Source: a bacterium (GTDB taxonomy: Bacteria; Planctomycetota; JAFGQW01). Taken from it: a stretch of 64,000 bases of DNA. The stretch is taken from contig JAUHXU010000003.1 in NCBI GenBank assembly GCA_030426805.1, forward strand, positions 1,027,220 through 1,091,219. The letters are read 5' to 3'. Shown here in pieces: positions 1 to 7,547 of this stretch; position 1 is the stretch's first letter; each line of letters opens with the position of its first letter. The position numbers and the translations under genes were made by a program. Below the pieces are notes generated by a model. That model was not told the origin of the DNA. It saw nothing but the letters and a program-made list of their open reading frames with translations, and did not search any database.

Positions 1-1
1 C

Positions 2-1207
2 GAGGCGGCGGCCGACTTCTTTCGCCAGCACTTCAACGTCAGTGCGCGCAAGGCGCCGCAGATGTATTACGTCGCGACCTACGAGCGCGACGTGATCCGC
101 GGCCTCGCGCTCGACTACTTCGGGAACATGCTGCGCGAGAGCGCGAAGCATCCGGCGATGCTCTACTACCTCGACAACGCGTTGTCGCGTCGGCCGCCGA
201 CCAAGCACGACCTGAAGGTCGTCGCGCGCCAGGTCCGGCAGAAGACGAAGTCGAAGCGGCGCGCGCGGGAGAGCGTCGAGATCGCGAAGCAGCGCGGGCT
301 CAACGAGAACTACGCCCGCGAACTGCTCGAGCTGCACACGCTCGGCGTGGACAATCAATACAAGCAGCGCGACGTCGTCAACGTCGCGAAGGCGCTGACC
401 GGGTGGACGGTGCGGGTCGACCGCAAGAAATACGTCGGCTTCACGTTCCGCGAGGACATGCACATCGAGGGGCCGAAGACGGTCCTGACGACGAAGTTCC
501 CCGCCTACAAGAAGGACGCGGTGCGGCAGGGCGAGGGAATCCTCGTGATGCTCGCGCGGCACCCGGGGACCGCGCGGTTCGTCGCGTGGAAGCTCTGCCG
601 CCACTTCGTGCACGACGAGCCGACCGACGACATGGTCGAGCGGATCGCCGAGGTCTACCGGCGGACCGACGGCCACCTGCCGGAGATCTACCGGGCGATT
701 TACGACGACCCCGAGTTTTTCGCGGCGCGATCGGTCGGGTCGAAGTTCAAACGGCCGTTCGAGTTCGTCGTCAGTGCGGTGCGCGTGGTCGGGGCGGACG
801 TGACGAGCACCGCCGGATTGCGCGGGAGCCTCCGCGAGATGAGCGAGCCGCTCTACGAGTGCGAGGACCCGACCGGCTACTACGACCAGGCCGAGGCGTG
901 GAGCGACCCGGGCGTGATGTCGTACCGGTGGCGCTTCGCGATTCGGCTCGCGCGCAATCAGGTCAAGGGCGTGAAGTTGCCGCAGGACTTCTTCGACCGC
1001 CACCTGAGCGAGGCGGAGTCGCCGGCCGGATGGAAGCGCGCGATGGTCGCGGCGATCGTCCCGGGCGGTGTCGGGGCGCGCACGTCGTCGGCGCTGGACG
1101 AGGTGATTGCGGCACACCTGAAGAAGCACAAGAAGCCGAAGCGCGTCGAGCTGGGGCGGCTGCTGCTCGCGCTGCTCCTCGGTTCGCCGGAGTTTCAGCG
1201 CCAGTGA
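2..1207 (+). CDS. DUF1800 family protein (5' end cut by window edge)
   Basis: The frame is open from nt 2 (EAAADFFRQHFNVSARK...) into the 62..1207 ORF. Motifs HPAMLYYLDN, ENYARELLELHTLGVD and ALTGWTV are typical of DUF1800. The usual DUF1501 partner gene follows. Confidence 0.85.
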   Translation, partial: EAAADFFRQHFNVSARKAPQMYYVATYERDVIRGLALDYFGNMLRESAKHPAMLYYLDNALSRRPPTKHDLKVVARQVRQKTKSKRRARESVEIAKQRGLNENYARELLELHTLGVDNQYKQRDVVNVAKALTGWTVRVDRKKYVGFTFREDMHIEGPKTVLTTKFPAYKKDAVRQGEGILVMLARHPGTARFVAWKLCRHFVHDEPTDDMVERIAEVYRRTDGHLPEIYRAIYDDPEFFAARSVGSKFKRPFEFVVSAVRVVGADVTSTAGLRGSLREMSEPLYECEDPTGYYDQAEAWSDPGVMSYRWRFAIRLARNQVKGVKLPQDFFDRHLSEAESPAGWKRAMVAAIVPGGVGARTSSALDEVIAAHLKKHKKPKRVELGRLLLALLLGSPEFQRQ

Positions 1208-1253
1208 GGCCAGTGCCAGTGAGGCCAGCGCTTGTGAGGCCAGCATTGTGAGG
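1204..1253. repeat. 15-bp tandem repeat (GTGAGGCCAG + 5-nt spacer), 3 full copies plus a partial one
   Basis: GTGAGGCCAG starts at 1204, 1219 and 1234, and GTGAGG starts at 1248. The repeat spans the DUF1800 stop codon and ends 9 nt before the DUF1501 ATG. Confidence 0.8.
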
Positions 1254-1261
1254 ATCGAACG

Positions 1262-2548
1262 ATGAACGACATCGAACGCCGTCGGTTTCTGAAGGTGTCC
1301 GGCGGGGGCGTGCTCGCGTTTCTCGCGTCGCCGATGCTCGGGACGCGGCGCGCGTTCGGCCTCGACGGCGAGGTGCGACCGACGCTCGTGACGATCTACT
1401 TGCGCGGCGGGCTCGATCAGCTGAACACGATCGTGCCCTACATGGACAAGCGCTACTACAAGATCCGCCCGACGATCGCGATCCCGCGCGACGCGGACGA
1501 GGAGGAGCCGGGCGTGATCCGGCTCGATCGTCGCTGGGGGATGCACCCGGCGCTCGCGCCGCTGGAGCCGTTCTTCCGCGAGGGGCGCGTCGCGCCGGTG
1601 ATCAACGTCGGCTCGCACCACCCGACGCGCAGCCACTTCGACGCCCAAGACTTCATGGAGTACGGCGCGCCCGGGGATCGGACCGTCAAGAGCGGGTGGC
1701 TCAACCGCTACCTCGCCGCGACGGCGAGCGATGCCGATCGCGGCCGACTGCGCGCGCTCGCGATGCAGGGGCTGTTGCCGCGGTCGTTGCGCGGCGGGTA
1801 TCCGGTGCTCGCGGTCCCGAACGACGTGAAGAAGAAGTCCAACGACAAGGTGATCGACCTGTTCAAGGACCTCTACGGGTGCGAGGCGCCGATGGTGAAG
1901 GAGGCGATGCGCCCCGGAGCCGGCGGCGGCGAGCGGCGTGGTGACGACCCGGTCGTCGTGACGGGGCGCGACACGATCGAGACGCTCGAACGGTTCAAGA
2001 AGATCGTGCGCGACCCGAAGACGAAGAACTCGCAGGTGAAGTATCCGCGTGGGCGCGTCGCCGAGCGGCTGCGCAACGTCGCGCAGGTGATCCGCGCCGG
2101 CGCGGGACTCGAGGTCGCGGCGCTCGACATCGGTGGGTGGGACCACCACACGAACGAGGGCGGCACCGACGGGCTCCTCGCGCGCATGCTCGGCGATCTC
2201 GGCGGGAGTCTCGCCGCGTTCATGACCGACCTCGGGCCGGCGCTCGACCGCACGCTGATCCTCGTGCAGTCGGAGTTCGGCCGCACGTGCGCGGAGAACG
2301 GCAACCGCGGCACCGACCACGGTCACGGCGGCATGTTCCTCGTGATGGGCGGCAAGGTCCGCGGCGGCAAGGTCTACGGCAAGTGGACCGGCCTCAGCGA
2401 GAACCGCATGTATCAGGGCCGCGACCTCCAGGTCACGACCGACTTCCGCGACGTCTTCGCCGAGATCCTCACCAAACACATGGGCTTCGAGCCCCCCAAG
2501 GACTTCTTCCCCGACCACAAACCCGCCCGCCCCCTGGGGCTGTTGTAG
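1262..2548 (+). CDS. DUF1501 domain protein (sulfatase-like fold) with twin-arginine signal
   Basis: N-terminus MNDIERRRFLKVSGGGVLAFLASP carries a Tat motif. Conserved GGWDHHTNEG, SEFGRT and GTDHGHGG motifs are present. GAGGA lies upstream of the ATG. Confidence 0.9.
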   Translation: MNDIERRRFLKVSGGGVLAFLASPMLGTRRAFGLDGEVRPTLVTIYLRGGLDQLNTIVPYMDKRYYKIRPTIAIPRDADEEEPGVIRLDRRWGMHPALAPLEPFFREGRVAPVINVGSHHPTRSHFDAQDFMEYGAPGDRTVKSGWLNRYLAATASDADRGRLRALAMQGLLPRSLRGGYPVLAVPNDVKKKSNDKVIDLFKDLYGCEAPMVKEAMRPGAGGGERRGDDPVVVTGRDTIETLERFKKIVRDPKTKNSQVKYPRGRVAERLRNVAQVIRAGAGLEVAALDIGGWDHHTNEGGTDGLLARMLGDLGGSLAAFMTDLGPALDRTLILVQSEFGRTCAENGNRGTDHGHGGMFLVMGGKVRGGKVYGKWTGLSENRMYQGRDLQVTTDFRDVFAEILTKHMGFEPPKDFFPDHKPARPLGLL

Positions 2549-2555
2549 TCGGGGC

Positions 2556-2745
2556 GCGTGAGTGCGCTTCAGTGCGTTTCGCGCCGTGCATCTGCACCCA
2601 TTTCGCCGAACGCTGCGCTTCGCGGGGGGATCGTGCACCAATCGCGCGGTCGAAGAGCCCGAATCCCGTCGTTTCGGTGCATCGTGGGGCTGCGAAACGC
2701 ACGGATCGCGAAGAACGGTGCACGACTTCGCCGCGAAGCGCACGC
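2556..2745. repeat. Cluster of REP-like GC-rich hairpins on the 3' side of RAYT-like gene 1
   Basis: Tandem AGTGCG(C/T)TTC 10-mers at 2561-2580. GTGCA-TC-TGCAC at 2586-2597. Composite hairpin GTGC-ACGA-CTTCG-CCG-CGAAG-C-GCAC at 2718-2743. The GCGAAGCGCAC motif is the reverse complement of a motif at 3672-3682. Confidence 0.6.
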
Positions 2746-3564
2746 TTAGGGCCCACGCAAGCGAGGGTCGCTGAGGCACATGCGGCCCGCGTGGAGCGCG
2801 CGCCGGTCTACCCCGACGTTGGCCCGTCGCCGGACGGTCCACCGACTGACCGACAGAACGTCGGCGAGTCTGTCGATCCGGTCGTGTCCCTGGTCCAGGG
2901 CGAGTGCGATGAACAGGTCGCGAACCGGCCCCGGTGCTCGGGCGGCGCGGGGGAGGCTTCGGTATGCCGACGCGGCAGCTCCTGCAATCGTCGTGAAATC
3001 GAACTGCCGATCCGCGCGGGGTCCGACTGGCACCGGTAACGGCGTGCCGTCGATCGAGACCGACGTGTCCCGACTGACGTAGTGGTGATACCTGGCCAGA
3101 AAATCGGCGGGTCGCCAGCCGAGTGCATGGCGCAACCTCGGCGCATCGACCCATACGCGCGCGGTCGCACCGATCACATCACGGTGCGTCGACCACACGG
3201 GTTCGATCGGATCGAGCGCCGTGTGTTCGCGATTCCGGTTCAGCGCAACGTAGCGAACAGCGCGCTCCAGCATCAGCTGGTTTCGGATTGGAATAGGGTC
3301 TGGCGATCGTCGCCAGTAACGGGACTCGAAGCCAAAGACCCGAACGTAGTTGGCCAGGATGCGGCCGAGTGCCTGGCGTGTGGCGCGCATGTCGGCGACC
3401 GGTGTCACGATGTGGACGTGGTCGCGCATCAGATGCACTCCGAGCGCGCGCGGAAACTGGCGTTCGAGAGCGGCCCACATCCACGTCGCCCGTTCGGGGA
3501 GCAGCAGGGAGTCGTCGGCATCGCGTTGCTTCGCGGTCAGGTGATACAACTTCGTGCGTGGCAT
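2746..3564 (-). CDS. HUH/Y1 (IS200/RAYT-like) tyrosine-transposase-family protein with C-terminal HTH-like tail
   Basis: 272-aa ORF at the 3' end of a spurious 1431-aa open frame, with ATG at 3564-3562. Motifs LMRDHVHIV (HUH), RAVRYVALNRN (Tyr helix) and WSTHRDV are present. It is a paralog of 17966-18817. Confidence 0.75.
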   Translation of the reverse strand: MPRTKLYHLTAKQRDADDSLLLPERATWMWAALERQFPRALGVHLMRDHVHIVTPVADMRATRQALGRILANYVRVFGFESRYWRRSPDPIPIRNQLMLERAVRYVALNRNREHTALDPIEPVWSTHRDVIGATARVWVDAPRLRHALGWRPADFLARYHHYVSRDTSVSIDGTPLPVPVGPRADRQFDFTTIAGAAASAYRSLPRAARAPGPVRDLFIALALDQGHDRIDRLADVLSVSRWTVRRRANVGVDRRALHAGRMCLSDPRLRGP

Positions 3565-3651
3565 GCGGAAGTGGTCGGCGCCGAGCGCCGGAAGTTTCGA
3601 ACGGCTTCCGAAAAGCGAGCGATTCGATGCTCTTGCTTGGCGGGCCGGATC

Positions 3652-3751
3652 TGCACCGATTCTCGTGATGGGTGCGCTTCGCACGGCGTTGTTGCACCGG
3701 AGGTGCGTGGTTGGCCGGGTTTTCCGGGTGTCACGGTGCAACATCGCACCG
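3652..3751. repeat. Cluster of REP-like hairpins with GCACC/GGTGC stems on the 5' side of RAYT-like gene 1
   Basis: GCACC-N13-GGTGC at 3653-3675. GTGCG-CTT-CGCAC at 3672-3684. GCACC-GGA-GGTGC at 3694-3706. CGGTGC-N6-GCACCG at 3734-3751. Confidence 0.6.
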
Positions 3752-3848
3752 CCAAGCGCGCGCATGCCGCTTGCGCGGTGCAGAATCGGCGCGCCAAACG
3801 CATGCAACGCAACACGGCCGATCCCGGGGCCGAGATTGCGGGGCTGGG

Positions 3849-5474
3849 TCAGAGGTCGCGGCTGATGGGGGAGCGGTCGGTGACGCGGAGGCGGTGGGTG
3901 CCGGGGGTGAGGGGGCCGATGCCGTCGTGGTGGCGGTTGCCGCGGAGGACGAGGCCGGCGGGGGCGAGGAACTCGACTTCGCCGTTGTCGTCGACGGGGC
4001 CGCCGACGTGGAGGTTGTCGGGGATCTGGAAGTGGATCGTGTGCGGCGGGCGGTGTGGGGTGCCGTCGGCGCGGACGCACTGGACCGTGACGCGGGCACC
4101 CGGTTTGAACGCGAGCCGATCGGTGCCATCGCCTTGCCAGGTCATCGTGCCGGTGAACACGTGATCGCGGGCGGTCGCGAAGATGCGCCACGTGCCGAGC
4201 GGCATGTCGATCCGGCGTTGGCCCGGCGCGAGCACGAACCGGATCGGCCGTTCGGCGCGGATCGTCACCGGCACGTCGTCCGGGATCCCGACGAGTTCGA
4301 GCGTTCGGCGCGCGACGCGATCGCGGCCGATCGGGATGCGCGTCGTGCCGGATGCGGGCAGCGCGAGCGATATGTCGACGCTCCTGAACGGCGGCGCGGG
4401 GCGTGCCACCGTCGCGCGGAGCGTCACACGTCCCGCGGCCGTGCCGACGCCGTGGATCCGAAACGGCCTGCCGATGGCGACTTCGACCGAGGCCGTCTGC
4501 TTCGTGTCGCCGCGTTCGATCGTGATCGCGACGTCCGCGGACCTGGCGTGCCGGATGCAGTCCGCCGCCTCGACGATCGCGGTGAGCTGGCCGCGCGCTG
4601 GCGCGAGCGCGCCGATGTTCGTCGTGCCCTGGGCGCCGACCGTCACGCGCGTCATCGCGAGGTAGACCTCGTCGCGGCCGCGTTGCCAGTGCGCGCGAAC
4701 CGCGTAGCGCGCCGGCGCGACGCCCTCGAAGCGGAACGCGCCGTCGTCCCCTGCGGTCGCGTGGAAGAGCGCGACGTCTTTCGCACATAGCCGAACCTTC
4801 GCACCCCTCGGCGCGTGGCCGATGACCGTCGTGCCCATTACCCGCTTGGACGGGAGCCTGCCGGTGAAGCGGATTTCGGTCACCTCGGCGGCCATGCACT
4901 GGTCGAGCACGTCGATCACGGCCCGATGCGGCACCGTCGGTTCCGGCGCGATCTCGACCGTCAACGTTCGGGTGCCCAGCATGCGCTGTCGGTCCTTGAT
5001 CCACGTGAGCAGCCGCTTCCTCGCACCCGGCATCGGACCGACCCATGCGTCGTTGAACGTGCAGAGCACTTCTTTGCCGTGCGAGCGCAGCGCGATCGTC
5101 ACGCGCGGCGAAAACGGCGGTGCGGTGGCCTTGCTCTCCCGGAGCGCACGACGCGCGAGCGCCGGCGCATCGATCGACGCGATCGTCCCGTCGGCCTCGA
5201 CGACCAGCGTGCACGCGGCGTCGAGGAGCGGCCGGACTTCGGCGAGGAACTCGGCCGTGGGCTTCGCCGTATCGCGATCGGGCCCCGAGCGGCGCACGCG
5301 CACGACCCGTGCGTCGACCGTCATCCGGCCGTCCTCGACCGCACGCACGTGCCACCGCGTGTCGACCGTCCAGCGCTGTCCGTCGATCGTGACGTCCGCT
5401 GCGTGCCAGCGAACGGCACCCTGTGCCCCGATCGCACTCGCGAACAGAATCAGCGCTGCGGCTATTCGGGGCAT
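3849..5474 (-). CDS. Secreted hypothetical protein with an ExbD-like segment and carboxypeptidase-regulatory-like beta-sandwich repeats
   Basis: ATG at 5474 gives the signal peptide MPRIAAALILFASAIGAQG. AVIDVLDQCMAAEVTEIRFTG resembles ExbD/TolR. GDDGAFRFEGVAPARYAVRA resembles CarboxypepD_reg. The upstream 118 codons of the track ORF look non-coding. Confidence 0.7.
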   Translation of the reverse strand: MPRIAAALILFASAIGAQGAVRWHAADVTIDGQRWTVDTRWHVRAVEDGRMTVDARVVRVRRSGPDRDTAKPTAEFLAEVRPLLDAACTLVVEADGTIASIDAPALARRALRESKATAPPFSPRVTIALRSHGKEVLCTFNDAWVGPMPGARKRLLTWIKDRQRMLGTRTLTVEIAPEPTVPHRAVIDVLDQCMAAEVTEIRFTGRLPSKRVMGTTVIGHAPRGAKVRLCAKDVALFHATAGDDGAFRFEGVAPARYAVRAHWQRGRDEVYLAMTRVTVGAQGTTNIGALAPARGQLTAIVEAADCIRHARSADVAITIERGDTKQTASVEVAIGRPFRIHGVGTAAGRVTLRATVARPAPPFRSVDISLALPASGTTRIPIGRDRVARRTLELVGIPDDVPVTIRAERPIRFVLAPGQRRIDMPLGTWRIFATARDHVFTGTMTWQGDGTDRLAFKPGARVTVQCVRADGTPHRPPHTIHFQIPDNLHVGGPVDDNGEVEFLAPAGLVLRGNRHHDGIGPLTPGTHRLRVTDRSPISRDL

Positions 5475-5523
5475 CGACGTTCCTCCGCTCGCAATGAACG
5501 GTCGCCATGATACCGTATCGGCG

Positions 5524-7026
5524 ATGTCCTCGCCCACGCCGCCGCACCTGTTGTCGAAGTCGCGATTCGTCGCCGGAACGCAGTGTCGCAAGCTGCTGTG
5601 GTGGAAGGTGCACGAACCGGACGCGCGGGAGCTGGAGCCGGACGTCGTGCTGCAGGACCGATTCGACCAAGGCCGCCACGTCGGCGAGGTCGCGCGCGAC
5701 CAGTTCCCCGACGGCGTGCTGATCGAGGCCGAGGGGCAAAGCCTCGACGACCGGATCGCCGCGACCCGCGGTGCGCTCGACGACGGCGCCCGCGTCGTGT
5801 TCGAGGCGAGCTTCCGCCACGACGACACGTTCGTCGCGGTCGACGTCCTCGAGCGGCTGCCCGGCGGCTACCGGCTGATCGAGGTGAAGTCGTCGACGTC
5901 GGTGAAGGACGAGCACGTGTGGGACGCCGCCGTGCAACTCCACGTGCTGCGCGGCGCCGGCCTCTCGGTGCACCGCGTCGAGATCATGCACCTGTCGCGC
6001 GCGCACCGCAATCCCGACGAGGGCGCGCTGTTCGAGCGCACCGACGTCACCGAGCGCGTCGAGCCCTACGCGTCGTCGGTCGTCCCGGGCGAGGTCACGC
6101 AGCAACTCGCGGTGCTCGCCGGCCCCTGCCCGGACGCGCCGATCGGCCTGTCGTGCCACGAGCCGCGCGCGTGCCCGTTCCTCGAGCGCTGCTGGCCCGA
6201 CGACCCGCGCCACATCCGCCACCTCTACAACGTCGGCCCGAAGAAGACCGCCGACTACATGCGCGAGGGCATCCACCGGATCGACGACCTGCCCGCCGAT
6301 CGCAAGCTCCCCGCCGCGGCCCGCCGCCAACTCCGCGCGACCACGGCGGGGCGCATCGTCGTCGAGCCCGGCCTCGGCGGTGCGCTCGCCGACTTCACCG
6401 GGCGCATCGGCTTCCTCGACTTCGAGACCGTCAACCGAGCGATCCCGGTGTGGCCGGGCCTCGGACCGTGGAACGCGGCGACCGCGCAGTTCAGCTACCA
6501 CGAGCGATCGCCCGACGGCGCACTGACGCACGCCGAATACCTCGCCGAGGGGCCGCACGATCCGCGCCCCGAACTCGCCGAGCGCCTCGTCGAAGCCACG
6601 GCCGACGCCGACCGCATCGCGACCTACTCCGGCTACGAGAAGCGCTGCATCCGCGAACTCGCCGCCGCGATCCCGCGCCTCGCGATCGCGCTCACCGCGC
6701 TCGAAGCCAAGCTCTTCGACCTGCTGCCGGTCGTGCGCAATCACGTCTATCACCCCGAGTTCCGCGGCAGCTTCTCGATCAAGTACGTGCTCAGCCCGCT
6801 CGTCCCCGACCTGAGCTACAACGACCTCGTCATCGTCGACGGCCTGACCGCGTCGGTCGAGATCGCGCGGCTCCTGTTCGTCGCGCACAAGATCCCCGAA
6901 GCCGAGCGCGACCGCATCCGCACCGACCTGCTCGCGTACTGCGAGCGCGACACCGAGGCGATGGTGCGCCTGCACGAATCGCTGTGCACGCTCGCCGCAG
7001 CCGATGGAAGAGGAGACGCCGGATGA
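5524..7026 (+). CDS. DUF2779-type protein: Cas4-like PD-(D/E)XK nuclease fused to a DEDD-like exonuclease
   Basis: ATG at 5524 (MSSPTPPHLLSKSRF). ExK motif in YRLIEVKSS. Cys cluster C..SCHEPRACPFLERC. IGFLDFETV and YCERDTEAM are exonuclease-like motifs. Confidence 0.8.
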   Translation: MSSPTPPHLLSKSRFVAGTQCRKLLWWKVHEPDARELEPDVVLQDRFDQGRHVGEVARDQFPDGVLIEAEGQSLDDRIAATRGALDDGARVVFEASFRHDDTFVAVDVLERLPGGYRLIEVKSSTSVKDEHVWDAAVQLHVLRGAGLSVHRVEIMHLSRAHRNPDEGALFERTDVTERVEPYASSVVPGEVTQQLAVLAGPCPDAPIGLSCHEPRACPFLERCWPDDPRHIRHLYNVGPKKTADYMREGIHRIDDLPADRKLPAAARRQLRATTAGRIVVEPGLGGALADFTGRIGFLDFETVNRAIPVWPGLGPWNAATAQFSYHERSPDGALTHAEYLAEGPHDPRPELAERLVEATADADRIATYSGYEKRCIRELAAAIPRLAIALTALEAKLFDLLPVVRNHVYHPEFRGSFSIKYVLSPLVPDLSYNDLVIVDGLTASVEIARLLFVAHKIPEAERDRIRTDLLAYCERDTEAMVRLHESLCTLAAADGRGDAG

Positions 7027-7547
7027 TCCGCCTCGCAGCACTCGTATGGCTCGTGCTCGCGAGCGCGCTGGTCGCGCAGAGCACGCCCGAACGCGTCGAG
7101 CCGTCGACGCTGCCCGCGATCGACGGCACCGTGCTCTGCCCCGTGAGCGGCACCCGTCACCGCTCGACCGACCACGCGGTGCGCTATCGCGGCCGCGTCC
7201 ACTTCATGGGCGACGCCGCGTGCGCCCGCGCCTTCCTCGACGACCCCGGCCGCTTCGCCGCGAAGGTCGAGCCGCGCGGCCTGTTCCACGCGACCGACGC
7301 CGGCCTGCGCTCGAACGCGGTCTGGATCGCGGGCCTCCTCGTCGTGCTCGCGCTCGTCGCCGGCGCGTTCATCGCGTTCGTCGTCGTGCGCAAACGGCGG
7401 CGTGAGGAACCGACCACGCACCCGCCCGCCGCGTGCGCCGGCTGCGGCGCATCGTTGCATCCGACCGCCGCCCGCTGCGCCCGCTGCGGCGCAACGCGCG
7501 AGCCGTCGGGCGAGAGCGACGTCGTCCGGCTGGGCGGTGCGCGATGA
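7023..7547 (+). CDS. YHS/TRASH-like domain membrane protein with C-terminal zinc-ribbon
   Basis: Signal MIRLAALVWLVLASALVA. VLCPVSG...VRYRGRVHFMGDAACARAF is YHS-like. There is one TM helix. CAGCG..CARCG is a ribbon. It has ATGA overlaps with both neighbours. Confidence 0.7.
   Translation: MIRLAALVWLVLASALVAQSTPERVEPSTLPAIDGTVLCPVSGTRHRSTDHAVRYRGRVHFMGDAACARAFLDDPGRFAAKVEPRGLFHATDAGLRSNAVWIAGLLVVLALVAGAFIAFVVVRKRRREEPTTHPPAACAGCGASLHPTAARCARCGATREPSGESDVVRLGGAR

Noticed and set aside
1204-1253. Possible mini-CRISPR array
   Set aside because: The units are 10 bp with 5-bp spacers, far too short for CRISPR, and there are no cas genes. I treat it as a simple tandem repeat.
2746-7041. 1431-aa minus-strand ORF, the longest in the track
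   Set aside because: It is a read-through artefact of high GC. Only its last 272 codons (2746-3564) look like a real protein, the HUH family gene. The remainder is Arg/Pro/Gly-rich low-complexity sequence lying antisense to well-supported plus-strand genes such as DUF2779.
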